Below are positions 24,009 through 31,345 of a stretch of 31,345 bases of DNA, in pieces. A program made the position numbers and the translations under genes. Origin of the DNA: Patescibacteria group bacterium (lineage in GTDB: Bacteria > Patescibacteriota > Microgenomatia > UBA10105 > UBA927); assembly GCA_038064215.1 (NCBI GenBank), contig JBBTTP010000066.1, positions 13,170 through 44,514 on the forward strand. The letters run 5' to 3'. Each line of letters starts with the position of its first letter. The stretch's first letter is position 1. Under the pieces are notes generated by a model. The model worked only from the letters and a program-made list of their open reading frames with translations, had not been told where the DNA came from and searched no databases.

Positions 24009-24695
24009 TCAGATTCTGCCCATCTTCTCAAGAGCGTTGTATGCCGCTTCCTGTTCCGCCTCTTGTTTGGATTTGCCGCTTCCGGTGCTCAAGCTTCGAT
24101 TGCCGGCTACGGCTTCCATCCAAAAAATTTTGGCATGATCAGGTCCCTCGCTTTTAATAACTCGATATATGGGAGAAATGCGTGATTGTTCCTGGATGAT
24201 TTCCTGCAGTAAGCTTTTGTAATCAATATATGTTTTTTTCTCAACAATTTCAACGGCATTGGGAAATAAATGGATAGACAGGAATTGTGTTGCTTTTTCG
24301 ATACCGCTATCCAGGTATATGGCGCCCAAAAGCGCTTCAAATGTATCAGCCATCAGCGACTGGTTTGTTCTGCCGCCGGAATCTTCCTCTCCATGGCTTA
24401 AAAAGAGCAAATCGCCCAAATGCAATGTTTGTGCAATGCGGCTGAGGCTGGTGGTTTTGACGAGACTTGAGCGGATATTGGTAAGCGTTCCTTCCGGGTA
24501 CTGCGGGTAGGAGGCGTAGAGAAATTCCGACGTTAAAAACGAAAGCACTGCATCGCCTAAAAATTCCAACCGTTCGTTGGATACGCGAATGTGTTTGGCT
24601 TCATTGAGATACGACCGATGGAAGAATGCCTGTTTCAGAAGGTCAATGTTTTTGAACTGGACGCCGATGTTTTTTTGGAGTTCTTCAAAGGTCAT
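24009..24695 (-). CDS. rnc: Ribonuclease III
   Basis: HRSYLNE, NERLEFLGDAVL, ADTFEALLGAIYLD; C-terminal dsRBD (DYKSLLQE...GKSKQEAEQEAA). Confidence 0.98.
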   Translation of the reverse strand: MTFEELQKNIGVQFKNIDLLKQAFFHRSYLNEAKHIRVSNERLEFLGDAVLSFLTSEFLYASYPQYPEGTLTNIRSSLVKTTSLSRIAQTLHLGDLLFLSHGEEDSGGRTNQSLMADTFEALLGAIYLDSGIEKATQFLSIHLFPNAVEIVEKKTYIDYKSLLQEIIQEQSRISPIYRVIKSEGPDHAKIFWMEAVAGNRSLSTGSGKSKQEAEQEAAYNALEKMGRI

Positions 24696-25051
24696 ACTGA
24701 CGCTATTTGTTTTAATATCGCGCCTAACGCGCCGTTGATAAATTTTGGGCTATTCTCGTTGCCGAATTTTTTTGCCAGTTCGATAGCCTCATCGATCACT
24801 ACTTTGGGTGGTTGGCTTTTGTCAACAAGCAGCTCGTATGCCGCCAGGCGCAGAATCGCCAGGTCTATTTTGGCGATTTTGTCCATCGGCCAAAGCGGCG
24901 CGGCTGCAGTGATTGCTTCATCGAGCGTGGGCAACGCTGCGATGACGGGCTTGATTTCATTGCTTTGTTGATTTTCTTGAAAGCTTTGTGTAAAAAGCTG
25001 CTGCATCATGGTGATGCGTTTTTGGTGTCGGGGGTCGTGGGAAGTCTTCAT
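24692..25051 (-). CDS. nusB: Transcription antitermination factor NusB
   Basis: KIDLAILRLAAYEL, PPKVVIDEAIELAKKFG, FINGALG. Confidence 0.95.
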   Translation of the reverse strand: MKTSHDPRHQKRITMMQQLFTQSFQENQQSNEIKPVIAALPTLDEAITAAAPLWPMDKIAKIDLAILRLAAYELLVDKSQPPKVVIDEAIELAKKFGNENSPKFINGALGAILKQIASV

Positions 25052-25218
25052 GCTACCTTTTTTCCATCATACCAGCCGCATGCTTTGCATATCCGATGCG
25101 GCAAGCGGACCTTTCCGCAGTTCGCGCACTTGATGATCCCCAAGAGCCGGAGTTTGATCGCGGCTTTGCGTTTGCCGCCGCGCCGGGTTGAATGCCGTCT
25201 TTTTGGTAGTGGAGCCAT
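25048..25218 (-). CDS. rpmF: 50S ribosomal protein L32 (zinc-binding form), 56 aa
   Basis: Own translation: MAPLPKRRHSTRRGGKRKAAIKLRLLGIIKCANCGKVRLPHRICKACGWYDGKKVA. Missed by the ORF track; its TGA overlaps the nusB ATG. Confidence 0.95.
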   Translation of the reverse strand: MAPLPKRRHSTRRGGKRKAAIKLRLLGIIKCANCGKVRLPHRICKACGWYDGKKVA

Positions 25219-25242
25219 ATTTTGGAAATGAAAAAAAATCTA

Positions 25243-27363
25243 CTAATCTTGATGTGCAGCATGTATTGTACTATTTTTCAGTTTTTCCATCAAGAGTGGA
25301 AAGCTTGTAAGTGTCGGGTCAGCTGAGGTGAGTGCTTTCACTGCCTTTTGGGACTGGGCAATAAGGTCTGCCTGGGTCCAGCGGGCGATTTTCAGATCCG
25401 GTATTCCGTGCTGGCGTGTGCCAAACAGCTCCCCCGGGCCCCGGAGCGCAAGATCAATATCGGCTAGCTCGGGCCCGTTATGTATCGTCTCCAGGGATTT
25501 GAGTCGCTTCAGGGTTAATGCATCTTCAGTTTCAGTGAACAGAAGACAGAAGGATGCGATCCTTCCACGGCCGACTCTTCCCCGTAATTGGTGGAGCTGG
25601 GCAAGGCCAAAACGTTCGGCGGCTTCGATAAGAATGATGATGGCGTTGGGAATGTCGATCCCCACTTCCACGACCGGAGTAGCGAGAAGGATCGCATCCT
25701 TCCGTGTCCGGAAACGATCCAGAGCAGTTGTTTTCTCTTTGGATTTCATACGTCCATGGAGAAGTCCGATGCTCACTCCGGAAAATATGGATTTGAGTAG
25801 TTCATATTCTGTCTTCACTGCTTTGACAGAAGTGAGAGTCTCTGATTCTTCAATAAGAGGACACACGATGTATGCCTGTCCGCCTGTTTCGTTCAGTTTG
25901 TTTTTGATCCATTTATACGCATTTTCCCGTTTTTCTTTCGGTACCACCCAAGTTTTTACCTCTTTTCTGCCATCGGGAATGGTTGCGAGTACCGATAAAT
26001 CAAGATTGCCGAAGAGTGTGCGTGCCACCGTGCGCGGGATCGGCGTTGCCGTCATCGTGAGCATATGGGGCGTTTTGCCGTTTTTTGTTTTGCCCACGAG
26101 TATCCCTCGCTGCAGCACGCCAAACCTCTGCTGTTCGTCAATGACGACCAGCCCTAATCTCTCAAGCTTTATTTTACTGGAAAGAAGGGCGTGGGTGCCG
26201 ACGAGAATATCAAATTTGTCATTCCCGCCCCATTTTTTGTCATTCCCGCGAAGGCGGGAATCCAGAATTTGTTTTACACTGGACCCCCGCGTACGCGGGG
26301 GTGACGCTGCGCAGGCACGTTCGGTTTTTTGTGATCCCGTCACCAACCCTATCCGTACTCCGAATGGATCAAGAAAGCCCTTTATCGTGGCATAATGTTG
26401 TTCAGCAAGAATTTGTGTCGGCGCCATAAGCATTGATTGCAGGCCGTTTTTGTAGGCAACATACATGGCAATGGCCGCAACGACGGTTTTTCCTGCCCCC
26501 ACATCACCTTCAAGGAGCCGGTTCATGGGATATGGAAGAGTAAGGTCCGTTAAGATTTCCTTCGTTGTTGTTTGCTGATCGTTTGTTAAGGTAAAAGGAA
26601 GAGATCGGATACATTGCGAAACCTCGGATTCATCAATTTTGCACTGGTGCGACCTGTTTGTTTGCTGCCAAAGCCTGCGTTCTTCCCAGGCGCGCAGCTG
26701 CAGAAAGAAAAATTCCTCAAATGCAAGTCTTCGGTTTGCGTTCTGCGCGGATTTTGGATCTGTTGGGTAATGAATGTGTTCAATTGCCTGATGGATAGAT
26801 ATGAGGCGATATTCTTCAATAATTGAATCAGGAAGATACTCGATCACTTGTTGTATGCATTGTTGGATGATAAAGGCGATGCGTCCACGCAACCACTTTG
26901 AACTAACTCCCTGAGTTTCCGGATAGATCGGGACGAGTCGGCCCGTGTGGAGACTTGACCCGATTTCATGCACCGGTGAGGTCATCACGATCTTGTGACC
27001 AAACCAGTCAATCTTTCCGGCTAGGCGCGTCTGTGTGCCGACCGGCAGGGTTTGCGCGAGGAACGGTTGGTTAAACCAGATGACGTCCAACGTTCCGGTT
27101 TCATCCGTGAGCTGTGCCTGCTGGAGTTTCTTGCCGGATTTGGTGAAGGCGTTGCGAAATGTGGTAATCGTTCCTGTTACCGTGACAGTCTCTCCTGCCT
27201 GGACACGGGCGACGGGTGAAACGAGGGAAAAATCGTCATACCGGAAGGGAACGTAGAAAAGGAGGTCTTCTACTGTATGGATGCCCAGCTTTTCCAGTCG
27301 CTTTGCCATAACCGGTCCAACACGGGGAACATATTGAATGGGGGTATTGAGGGAAAGTTGCAT
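25243..27363 (-). CDS. recG: ATP-dependent DNA helicase RecG
   Basis: Wedge/OB domain, RLLEGDVGAGKT, MAPTQILAEQH, DEQQR (DEQHR-like), MTATPIPRT, QLHQLRGRVGRG, RGPGELFGTRQHG. Confidence 0.97.
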   Translation of the reverse strand: MQLSLNTPIQYVPRVGPVMAKRLEKLGIHTVEDLLFYVPFRYDDFSLVSPVARVQAGETVTVTGTITTFRNAFTKSGKKLQQAQLTDETGTLDVIWFNQPFLAQTLPVGTQTRLAGKIDWFGHKIVMTSPVHEIGSSLHTGRLVPIYPETQGVSSKWLRGRIAFIIQQCIQQVIEYLPDSIIEEYRLISIHQAIEHIHYPTDPKSAQNANRRLAFEEFFFLQLRAWEERRLWQQTNRSHQCKIDESEVSQCIRSLPFTLTNDQQTTTKEILTDLTLPYPMNRLLEGDVGAGKTVVAAIAMYVAYKNGLQSMLMAPTQILAEQHYATIKGFLDPFGVRIGLVTGSQKTERACAASPPRTRGSSVKQILDSRLRGNDKKWGGNDKFDILVGTHALLSSKIKLERLGLVVIDEQQRFGVLQRGILVGKTKNGKTPHMLTMTATPIPRTVARTLFGNLDLSVLATIPDGRKEVKTWVVPKEKRENAYKWIKNKLNETGGQAYIVCPLIEESETLTSVKAVKTEYELLKSIFSGVSIGLLHGRMKSKEKTTALDRFRTRKDAILLATPVVEVGIDIPNAIIILIEAAERFGLAQLHQLRGRVGRGRIASFCLLFTETEDALTLKRLKSLETIHNGPELADIDLALRGPGELFGTRQHGIPDLKIARWTQADLIAQSQKAVKALTSADPTLTSFPLLMEKLKNSTIHAAHQD
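26218..26305. repeat. REP-like inverted doublet inserted in frame in recG, plus a partial third copy
   Basis: GTCATTCCCGCGAAGGCGGGAATCCAG (26239-26265), 13-nt spacer, CTGGACCCCCGCGTACGCGGGGGTGAC (26279-26305); partial GTCATTCCCGC at 26218-26228. Confidence 0.9.
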
Positions 27364-27382
27364 GGCTCAATTATACTCCCGA

Positions 27383-27490
27383 TCAAATCCCACCGGCGAG
27401 GAGAGGAAGAAAAGACGTGGCAATAAGTGCCAGTGAGGCGATAACGACAATTACTTTCCAAACTTTTTCGTGTTTTCGAAAAAAATTCAT
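27383..27490 (-). CDS. 35-aa single-TM small protein MNFFRKHEKVWKVIVVIASLALIATSFLPLLAGGI
   Basis: Fills the tyrS-recG gap; ATG overlaps the tyrS TGA; basic N-terminus followed by a hydrophobic helix. Not in the ORF track. Confidence 0.65.
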   Translation of the reverse strand: MNFFRKHEKVWKVIVVIASLALIATSFLPLLAGGI

Positions 27491-28671
27491 GATAATTTAA
27501 TATGTATTTTTCCTACACCAATTATTGTACCAGGTTTTAACGTGATCAGAAGCTCATCACTTGTTGCTTTGTAATCATCAAACGAAACTGACCCCTGCGA
27601 TATTAATCTTTTTGCCTGTGATTTACTAGATGCGATATTCGTATCAATTAATATTTGGGATACACTTGCTGTCGAATTTAATGACGTGATTGGAACGAGT
27701 GGCAACGTCGCTTGCTGGAAATCTTTTTTTTGAAACTGTAACTCAAATTGTTTTTGCGCTTCATCTGCGATTGGTAGTGTATAAAGTTCCTTGACTATGT
27801 TGTAAGCAAGTTGTTTTTTCCATTTCATCGGATTGTCTCCCCCGCTAAGTGCACGTTTTATTTCCTCAATTTTTTCAAGCGGCGTATTGGTAGCTAAGCT
27901 GAAATACTGAATGATGAGATCGTCTTTGAGGGACATAATTTTGCCGTACATTTCTTTGGGTGGATCATTAAGCCATATTGCATTGTTCCAGGTTTTACTC
28001 ATCTTTCGGCCGTCCGTTCCCTCAAGAAATCCGTTTGCGATGATAAAAGATTCTTTTTTGCGTAAGTCTTTCTGAAGCACGCGGCCTGCCTGCATATTAA
28101 ATGTCTGATCCGTGCCTCCGAGCTGAATATCGGTATCCATGAAGTAACTATCATAGCCCTGCATCACCGGATAGAGTATTTCATGAAGTCCGACGTGTAA
28201 GCCCTCATTTAATCGCTTCTTGATAAGTTCGCGGCTGTAAAAATCTCCTGCGGAAAAGTGGTAGGTGAGCTTAATAATTTCCTCGAAGGTAAGTTTTTTG
28301 AGCCATTCACTATTGTGGCGAACCTTCACCTTGGAAAAGTCTAAAATTTTCTGCGCCTGTTCTTTGTATGTTTGAAAATTCTTCTCAATTTGCTCTGAAG
28401 TTAGGATAGGCCGCTCGGATTCTTTGTCTGACGTGTCTCCGATAAGAGCAGTAAAGTCTCCGATAAGAAACGTTACGTTATGTCCAAGTTTCGCAAAGGC
28501 CTGGAGTTTACGAAGGGCCACGGCATGGCCGATGTGAATATTCGTGGCGGTGGGATCGATACCCAGGTAGATATTGAGTTTCCTGCCGCCTATCAGAAGC
28601 GCGCGGAGTTTTTCCTTATTCGGAATAATATTTTCAACGCCCCGGGTTAATAATTCCTCAATTGCATCCAT
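27487..28671 (-). CDS. tyrS: Tyrosine--tRNA ligase
   Basis: YLGIDPTA, HIGH, YPVMQGYDS, LGGTDQTFNM, KMSKT; C-terminal S4-like domain. Confidence 0.97.
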   Translation of the reverse strand: MDAIEELLTRGVENIIPNKEKLRALLIGGRKLNIYLGIDPTATNIHIGHAVALRKLQAFAKLGHNVTFLIGDFTALIGDTSDKESERPILTSEQIEKNFQTYKEQAQKILDFSKVKVRHNSEWLKKLTFEEIIKLTYHFSAGDFYSRELIKKRLNEGLHVGLHEILYPVMQGYDSYFMDTDIQLGGTDQTFNMQAGRVLQKDLRKKESFIIANGFLEGTDGRKMSKTWNNAIWLNDPPKEMYGKIMSLKDDLIIQYFSLATNTPLEKIEEIKRALSGGDNPMKWKKQLAYNIVKELYTLPIADEAQKQFELQFQKKDFQQATLPLVPITSLNSTASVSQILIDTNIASSKSQAKRLISQGSVSFDDYKATSDELLITLKPGTIIGVGKIHIKLS

Positions 28672-28692
28672 AGACTTCTTTTGTATTGGAAA

Positions 28693-29094
28693 TTATCGTA
28701 GATGGTTTTTTACGAATGTTAAAATGTTTTCAGCTGATGTAATTGCTCTTGTGGCATCTTCCTGACCATATAATCCCTCCGGCCCGCCATATTGTCCAGG
28801 ATAACGCGTGGTAATGTAATATGTATCTAACTTACGCGCATCTGATTCTATTTTAGAAATATCTATTTTTATTGATTTCAAAACGGTGATGAGACGATCT
28901 AAGCTGTGAATTTTTGGAGGTATCTTTCCGTTTTCTAATAACAACGCTTTAAACGCTTTCTCCGCCGCTTGTTGTGAGGCATAACAAGCAGAGACGTAAA
29001 TATTTCCCTCTAGCTGCCACTTCGCTGATTTCAAGTCGTACTCTGCAAACTCGAGCCACGTTTTTACGTCGCTGGTAAAATTATCATTTTTCAT
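28693..29094 (-). CDS. HEPN domain protein (PF05168-type) of an MNT-HEPN pair
   Basis: AEYDLKSA, ACYASQQAAEKAFKA, PKIHSL, YITTRYP. Confidence 0.88.
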   Translation of the reverse strand: MKNDNFTSDVKTWLEFAEYDLKSAKWQLEGNIYVSACYASQQAAEKAFKALLLENGKIPPKIHSLDRLITVLKSIKIDISKIESDARKLDTYYITTRYPGQYGGPEGLYGQEDATRAITSAENILTFVKNHLR

Positions 29095-29398
29095 AGATTA
29101 CTTTACCGTGTTTTAGTACTTCTTGGGTGATAAAGAATCGATTTTGGTTTATCGCTTGCTGAAATTCTTCCGGAGTTACGATTTGAGCTTCGATGTGCGG
29201 AATACTTCCCCAGACGGATCGTAACATCTGGGAAACCCTTTCCGCCGGAGTTTTTTGGGTTTTTTGAATAACTAATACGTCGACATCACTATCAAGATCA
29301 GGATTGCCTTTGGCGTATGAGCCGAAAAGAATAATCTTTTCCGGTTTCAGATGTTTTAATTTATTGACGATATCTGTTGTGTTGATTTGTTTATTCAT
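29084..29398 (-). CDS. Minimal nucleotidyltransferase (MNT)
   Basis: IILFGSYAKG...DSDVDVLVI; overlaps the HEPN start; start probably 29398. Confidence 0.88.
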   Translation of the reverse strand: MNKQINTTDIVNKLKHLKPEKIILFGSYAKGNPDLDSDVDVLVIQKTQKTPAERVSQMLRSVWGSIPHIEAQIVTPEEFQQAINQNRFFITQEVLKHGKVIYEK

Positions 29399-29404
29399 TA
29401 TTCT

Positions 29405-29432
29405 ATTGTAACAAAACTTATTCAATTGGCAA
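29405..29432 (-). promoter_or_regulatory. Promoter TTGCCA-16-TACAAT with extended -10 TG for MNT-HEPN
   Basis: -35 at 29432-29427, -10 at 29410-29405, ATG 6 nt downstream at 29398. Confidence 0.6.
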
Positions 29433-29513
29433 ACTCTCTCGCCTTCTTATGTAGAGATGAACCATCTTGTTCCTGCAATTGCTTTTATTCAGTGCATCCA
29501 TAGGCTTCTTTTA

Positions 29514-30620
29514 CTATATCATATCACCCCAAACCTGTCTCGCTACATTGACAACAAGACGCAGCTTTTTTTCCTGATCCAGAAATGTAAGATTATTGCC
29601 TTTGGCAACCGATGCGAATCCGCATTGGGTACTCAGAGCAAGGCGATCGATCGGTACAAATGCAGATGCTTCCCGGATTCTCCGTATAATTGCTTGTGGT
29701 TCCTCCAGTGTTGGTGATTTCGTTGTAACGAGTCCCAGGACTATAATTTTATCCTTTGGAACATGCCGGAGCGGTGAAAAATCCCCTGCCCTATCACTAT
29801 CAAATTCCAATAGCAGCCTATTCACTTTCGCTTTTGTAAATACAACGTGAGCGATTTTTTCGTATCCACCCTTGGCCATAAAACGATTCTTATCGTTTCC
29901 TCGGCAAATATGGAGTGCTTTTGTCCCTGAAAAGCCATTGAGCATTTCGTTAATCATCTCAACGCCTTCATGGATAAGGGTGTCGGGATGAAATCCCTTG
30001 CGTGCAAACCATGCTTGCTGGATCGGATCAAGGAGCATCCCGAAATCCGGCGCATCAACTTGAATGTGCGTAACGCCAATGCGTTCCAATTCAGAAATGC
30101 TTTCCCTTAATATGCGAGTAACGTCGTGGAGGAACGCCATAGGTGATGGGTACACCTTATTGGAAAGTCCGGGGACAAAATAGTAACTCATCATGGTGGG
30201 GCTGGGGATCGTGATTTTTACCGGTTTATTCGTAATAGCCCGTAGGAATGAAAATTCGTCAATAGATATATCATGCTTTTTTTCTATCTTCTTCACGACG
30301 CCGACGGTCACCGGATCAACGATCTTATTCCCTTTCATGTCAAACCATACGACGGTGTTGCCGGGCACGTTCCAGGCAAATCCATCGCACGCCTTCACGA
30401 AGTTATGACAAAATACCGGACGGCGCATCTCGCCGTCCGTGACAACGTCGACACCTGTTTTTTCCTGAATGGTAACGGCTTCTCTGATGGCTTTATCCTC
30501 TGCTAACGTCAGTTGAGCTGCAGAAATTTCGCCTGCCTTACGTTGTTCCTGAGCTTCCAACAAAAATTTAGGCCTGAGCATACTACCAACAACGTCTGAT
30601 CGAAAGATTTTTGATTTCAT
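29514..30620 (-). CDS. Cobalamin-independent methionine synthase II family protein (single-barrel, MetE C-terminal-like)
   Basis: DVVGSMLRP, DVVTDGEMRR, IQVDAP, zinc ligands in LHICRGN and LSTQCGFAS, LLEFD; 368 aa. Confidence 0.88.
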   Translation of the reverse strand: MKSKIFRSDVVGSMLRPKFLLEAQEQRKAGEISAAQLTLAEDKAIREAVTIQEKTGVDVVTDGEMRRPVFCHNFVKACDGFAWNVPGNTVVWFDMKGNKIVDPVTVGVVKKIEKKHDISIDEFSFLRAITNKPVKITIPSPTMMSYYFVPGLSNKVYPSPMAFLHDVTRILRESISELERIGVTHIQVDAPDFGMLLDPIQQAWFARKGFHPDTLIHEGVEMINEMLNGFSGTKALHICRGNDKNRFMAKGGYEKIAHVVFTKAKVNRLLLEFDSDRAGDFSPLRHVPKDKIIVLGLVTTKSPTLEEPQAIIRRIREASAFVPIDRLALSTQCGFASVAKGNNLTFLDQEKKLRLVVNVARQVWGDMI

Positions 30621-31345
30621 AGCTTTTTTATTGTGACATGTTGAGAAATGAGAAAGTCCATCCAGTGGGCGACCGGATCGTTTCTCATCTGTTCACAGAC
30701 AGCTTCAGACAATCTCCATGGATTTTCTGTGTCTACAACAGAGAATTCAATGCCGGGAATCTGACACAAAAACTCCCTAAACTCATCTGCGGTAAAAGCA
30801 GCCTGGAGCGACGCCAGTAGTAAGGGCACTATTTCTGGTTTTGTTTTTTCCAGCCGCGTGTCGATGGCATCCTGGGATGCTCCGCGCTTGAAATCCCTTA
30901 CGAGTCCCCACCCGCCGGGTTTGAGGACGCGCGCCATTTCTCTTAACGCCTCAATTGCTCTTTGGTCGTCGGCAAACTGGTGAAACGAGTTAAAATTAAC
31001 AATTCCGTCAACGGAATGATCCGCTAGTGGAAGTCTTTGCGCTAACCCTTCCCTAAATCCCATCTCGCTGGCCGCAATTTGTTCCTGGAATTTTTTCCTG
31101 GCATGAGCGAGCATGACTGGGCTTCCGTCGACGCCAGTCACTTTTTGCGCTCCGACAGTCAAGAGCTCGCCGCACAAATTCCCCGGTCCAGGGCAAACCT
31201 CAACAATATGACCGGAAATTCTGCCGGAGTTGCCGAACTCACGGGCTATTTCTGAAGCCACTATCGCGTAGTCCGATGTTTGAGGAAAGTCACAGCCATC
31301 AATGTACGTTCGGGCTTCCGGGGCATCAAAAATTTCGCACGCCTC
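30617..31345 (-). CDS. Class I SAM-dependent methyltransferase (Methyltransf_11/25-like); 5'-partial
   Basis: VEVCPGPG, GVDGSPVML, AQRLPLADHSVDG, EMARVLKPGG. The frame stays open to the window end (EACEIFDAPEARTYIDG...). 4-bp overlap with the MetE-like gene. Confidence 0.85.
   Translation of the reverse strand, partial: EACEIFDAPEARTYIDGCDFPQTSDYAIVASEIAREFGNSGRISGHIVEVCPGPGNLCGELLTVGAQKVTGVDGSPVMLAHARKKFQEQIAASEMGFREGLAQRLPLADHSVDGIVNFNSFHQFADDQRAIEALREMARVLKPGGWGLVRDFKRGASQDAIDTRLEKTKPEIVPLLLASLQAAFTADEFREFLCQIPGIEFSVVDTENPWRLSEAVCEQMRNDPVAHWMDFLISQHVTIKKL

Noticed and set aside
25053-25262. 69-aa ORF in the track
   Set aside because: Wrong frame; the real gene here is rpmF at 25048-25218.
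25328-26395. 355-aa plus-strand ORF
   Set aside because: Lies wholly antisense to recG with no recognisable motifs; shadow ORF.
1-31345. tRNA, rRNA, integrase or transposase genes
   Set aside because: None recognisable by eye and intergenic gaps are mostly too short; tRNAscan-SE or Infernal would be needed for formal exclusion.

Overview
Compact bacterial chromosome segment using the standard genetic code (TGA acts as stop). Gene content and the order rpmF-nusB-rnc-rpsP-KH-trmD (no rimM) resemble a Patescibacteria/CPR, Microgenomates-like genome; this taxonomy is inferred. Layout from left to right: (1) two convergent GT-C-type membrane glycosyltransferase genes (DUF2723/TMEM260-like and YfhO-like); (2) a type IV pilus cluster (pilD plus five pilins ... 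pilX-pilM-pilN-pilO) interrupted between its pilW-like and pilX-like genes by about 12.7 kb of glycan-related genes; (3) housekeeping genes trmD to recG and tyrS; (4) an MNT-HEPN pair, a half-size MetE-like protein and a partial SAM methyltransferase. The 12.7 kb insert contains two O-antigen-ligase-family genes, WecB/TagA and GT2 glycosyltransferases, a DUF4330-like protein, two Methyltransf_24 paralogues, a PLP decarboxylase, wzm/wzt and a phosphoglycosyl transferase, and its core is AT-rich. The best candidate for an undescribed system lies inside this island. It is a RiPP-like module made of a non-canonical QueC-family enzyme, an unannotated 27-aa peptide gene (YxxP motif, own strong promoter and RBS) translationally coupled to a PqqD/RRE gene, and a cytosolic S24/S26 peptidase domain fused to the C-terminus of the Wzt ATPase. 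Window-wide patterns: several families of tiny palindromic repeats lying in frame inside coding sequences, and -10 boxes exactly 6 nt before the ATG of eight genes, suggesting leaderless transcription. No rRNA, tRNA, CRISPR array, integrase or transposase was recognised.
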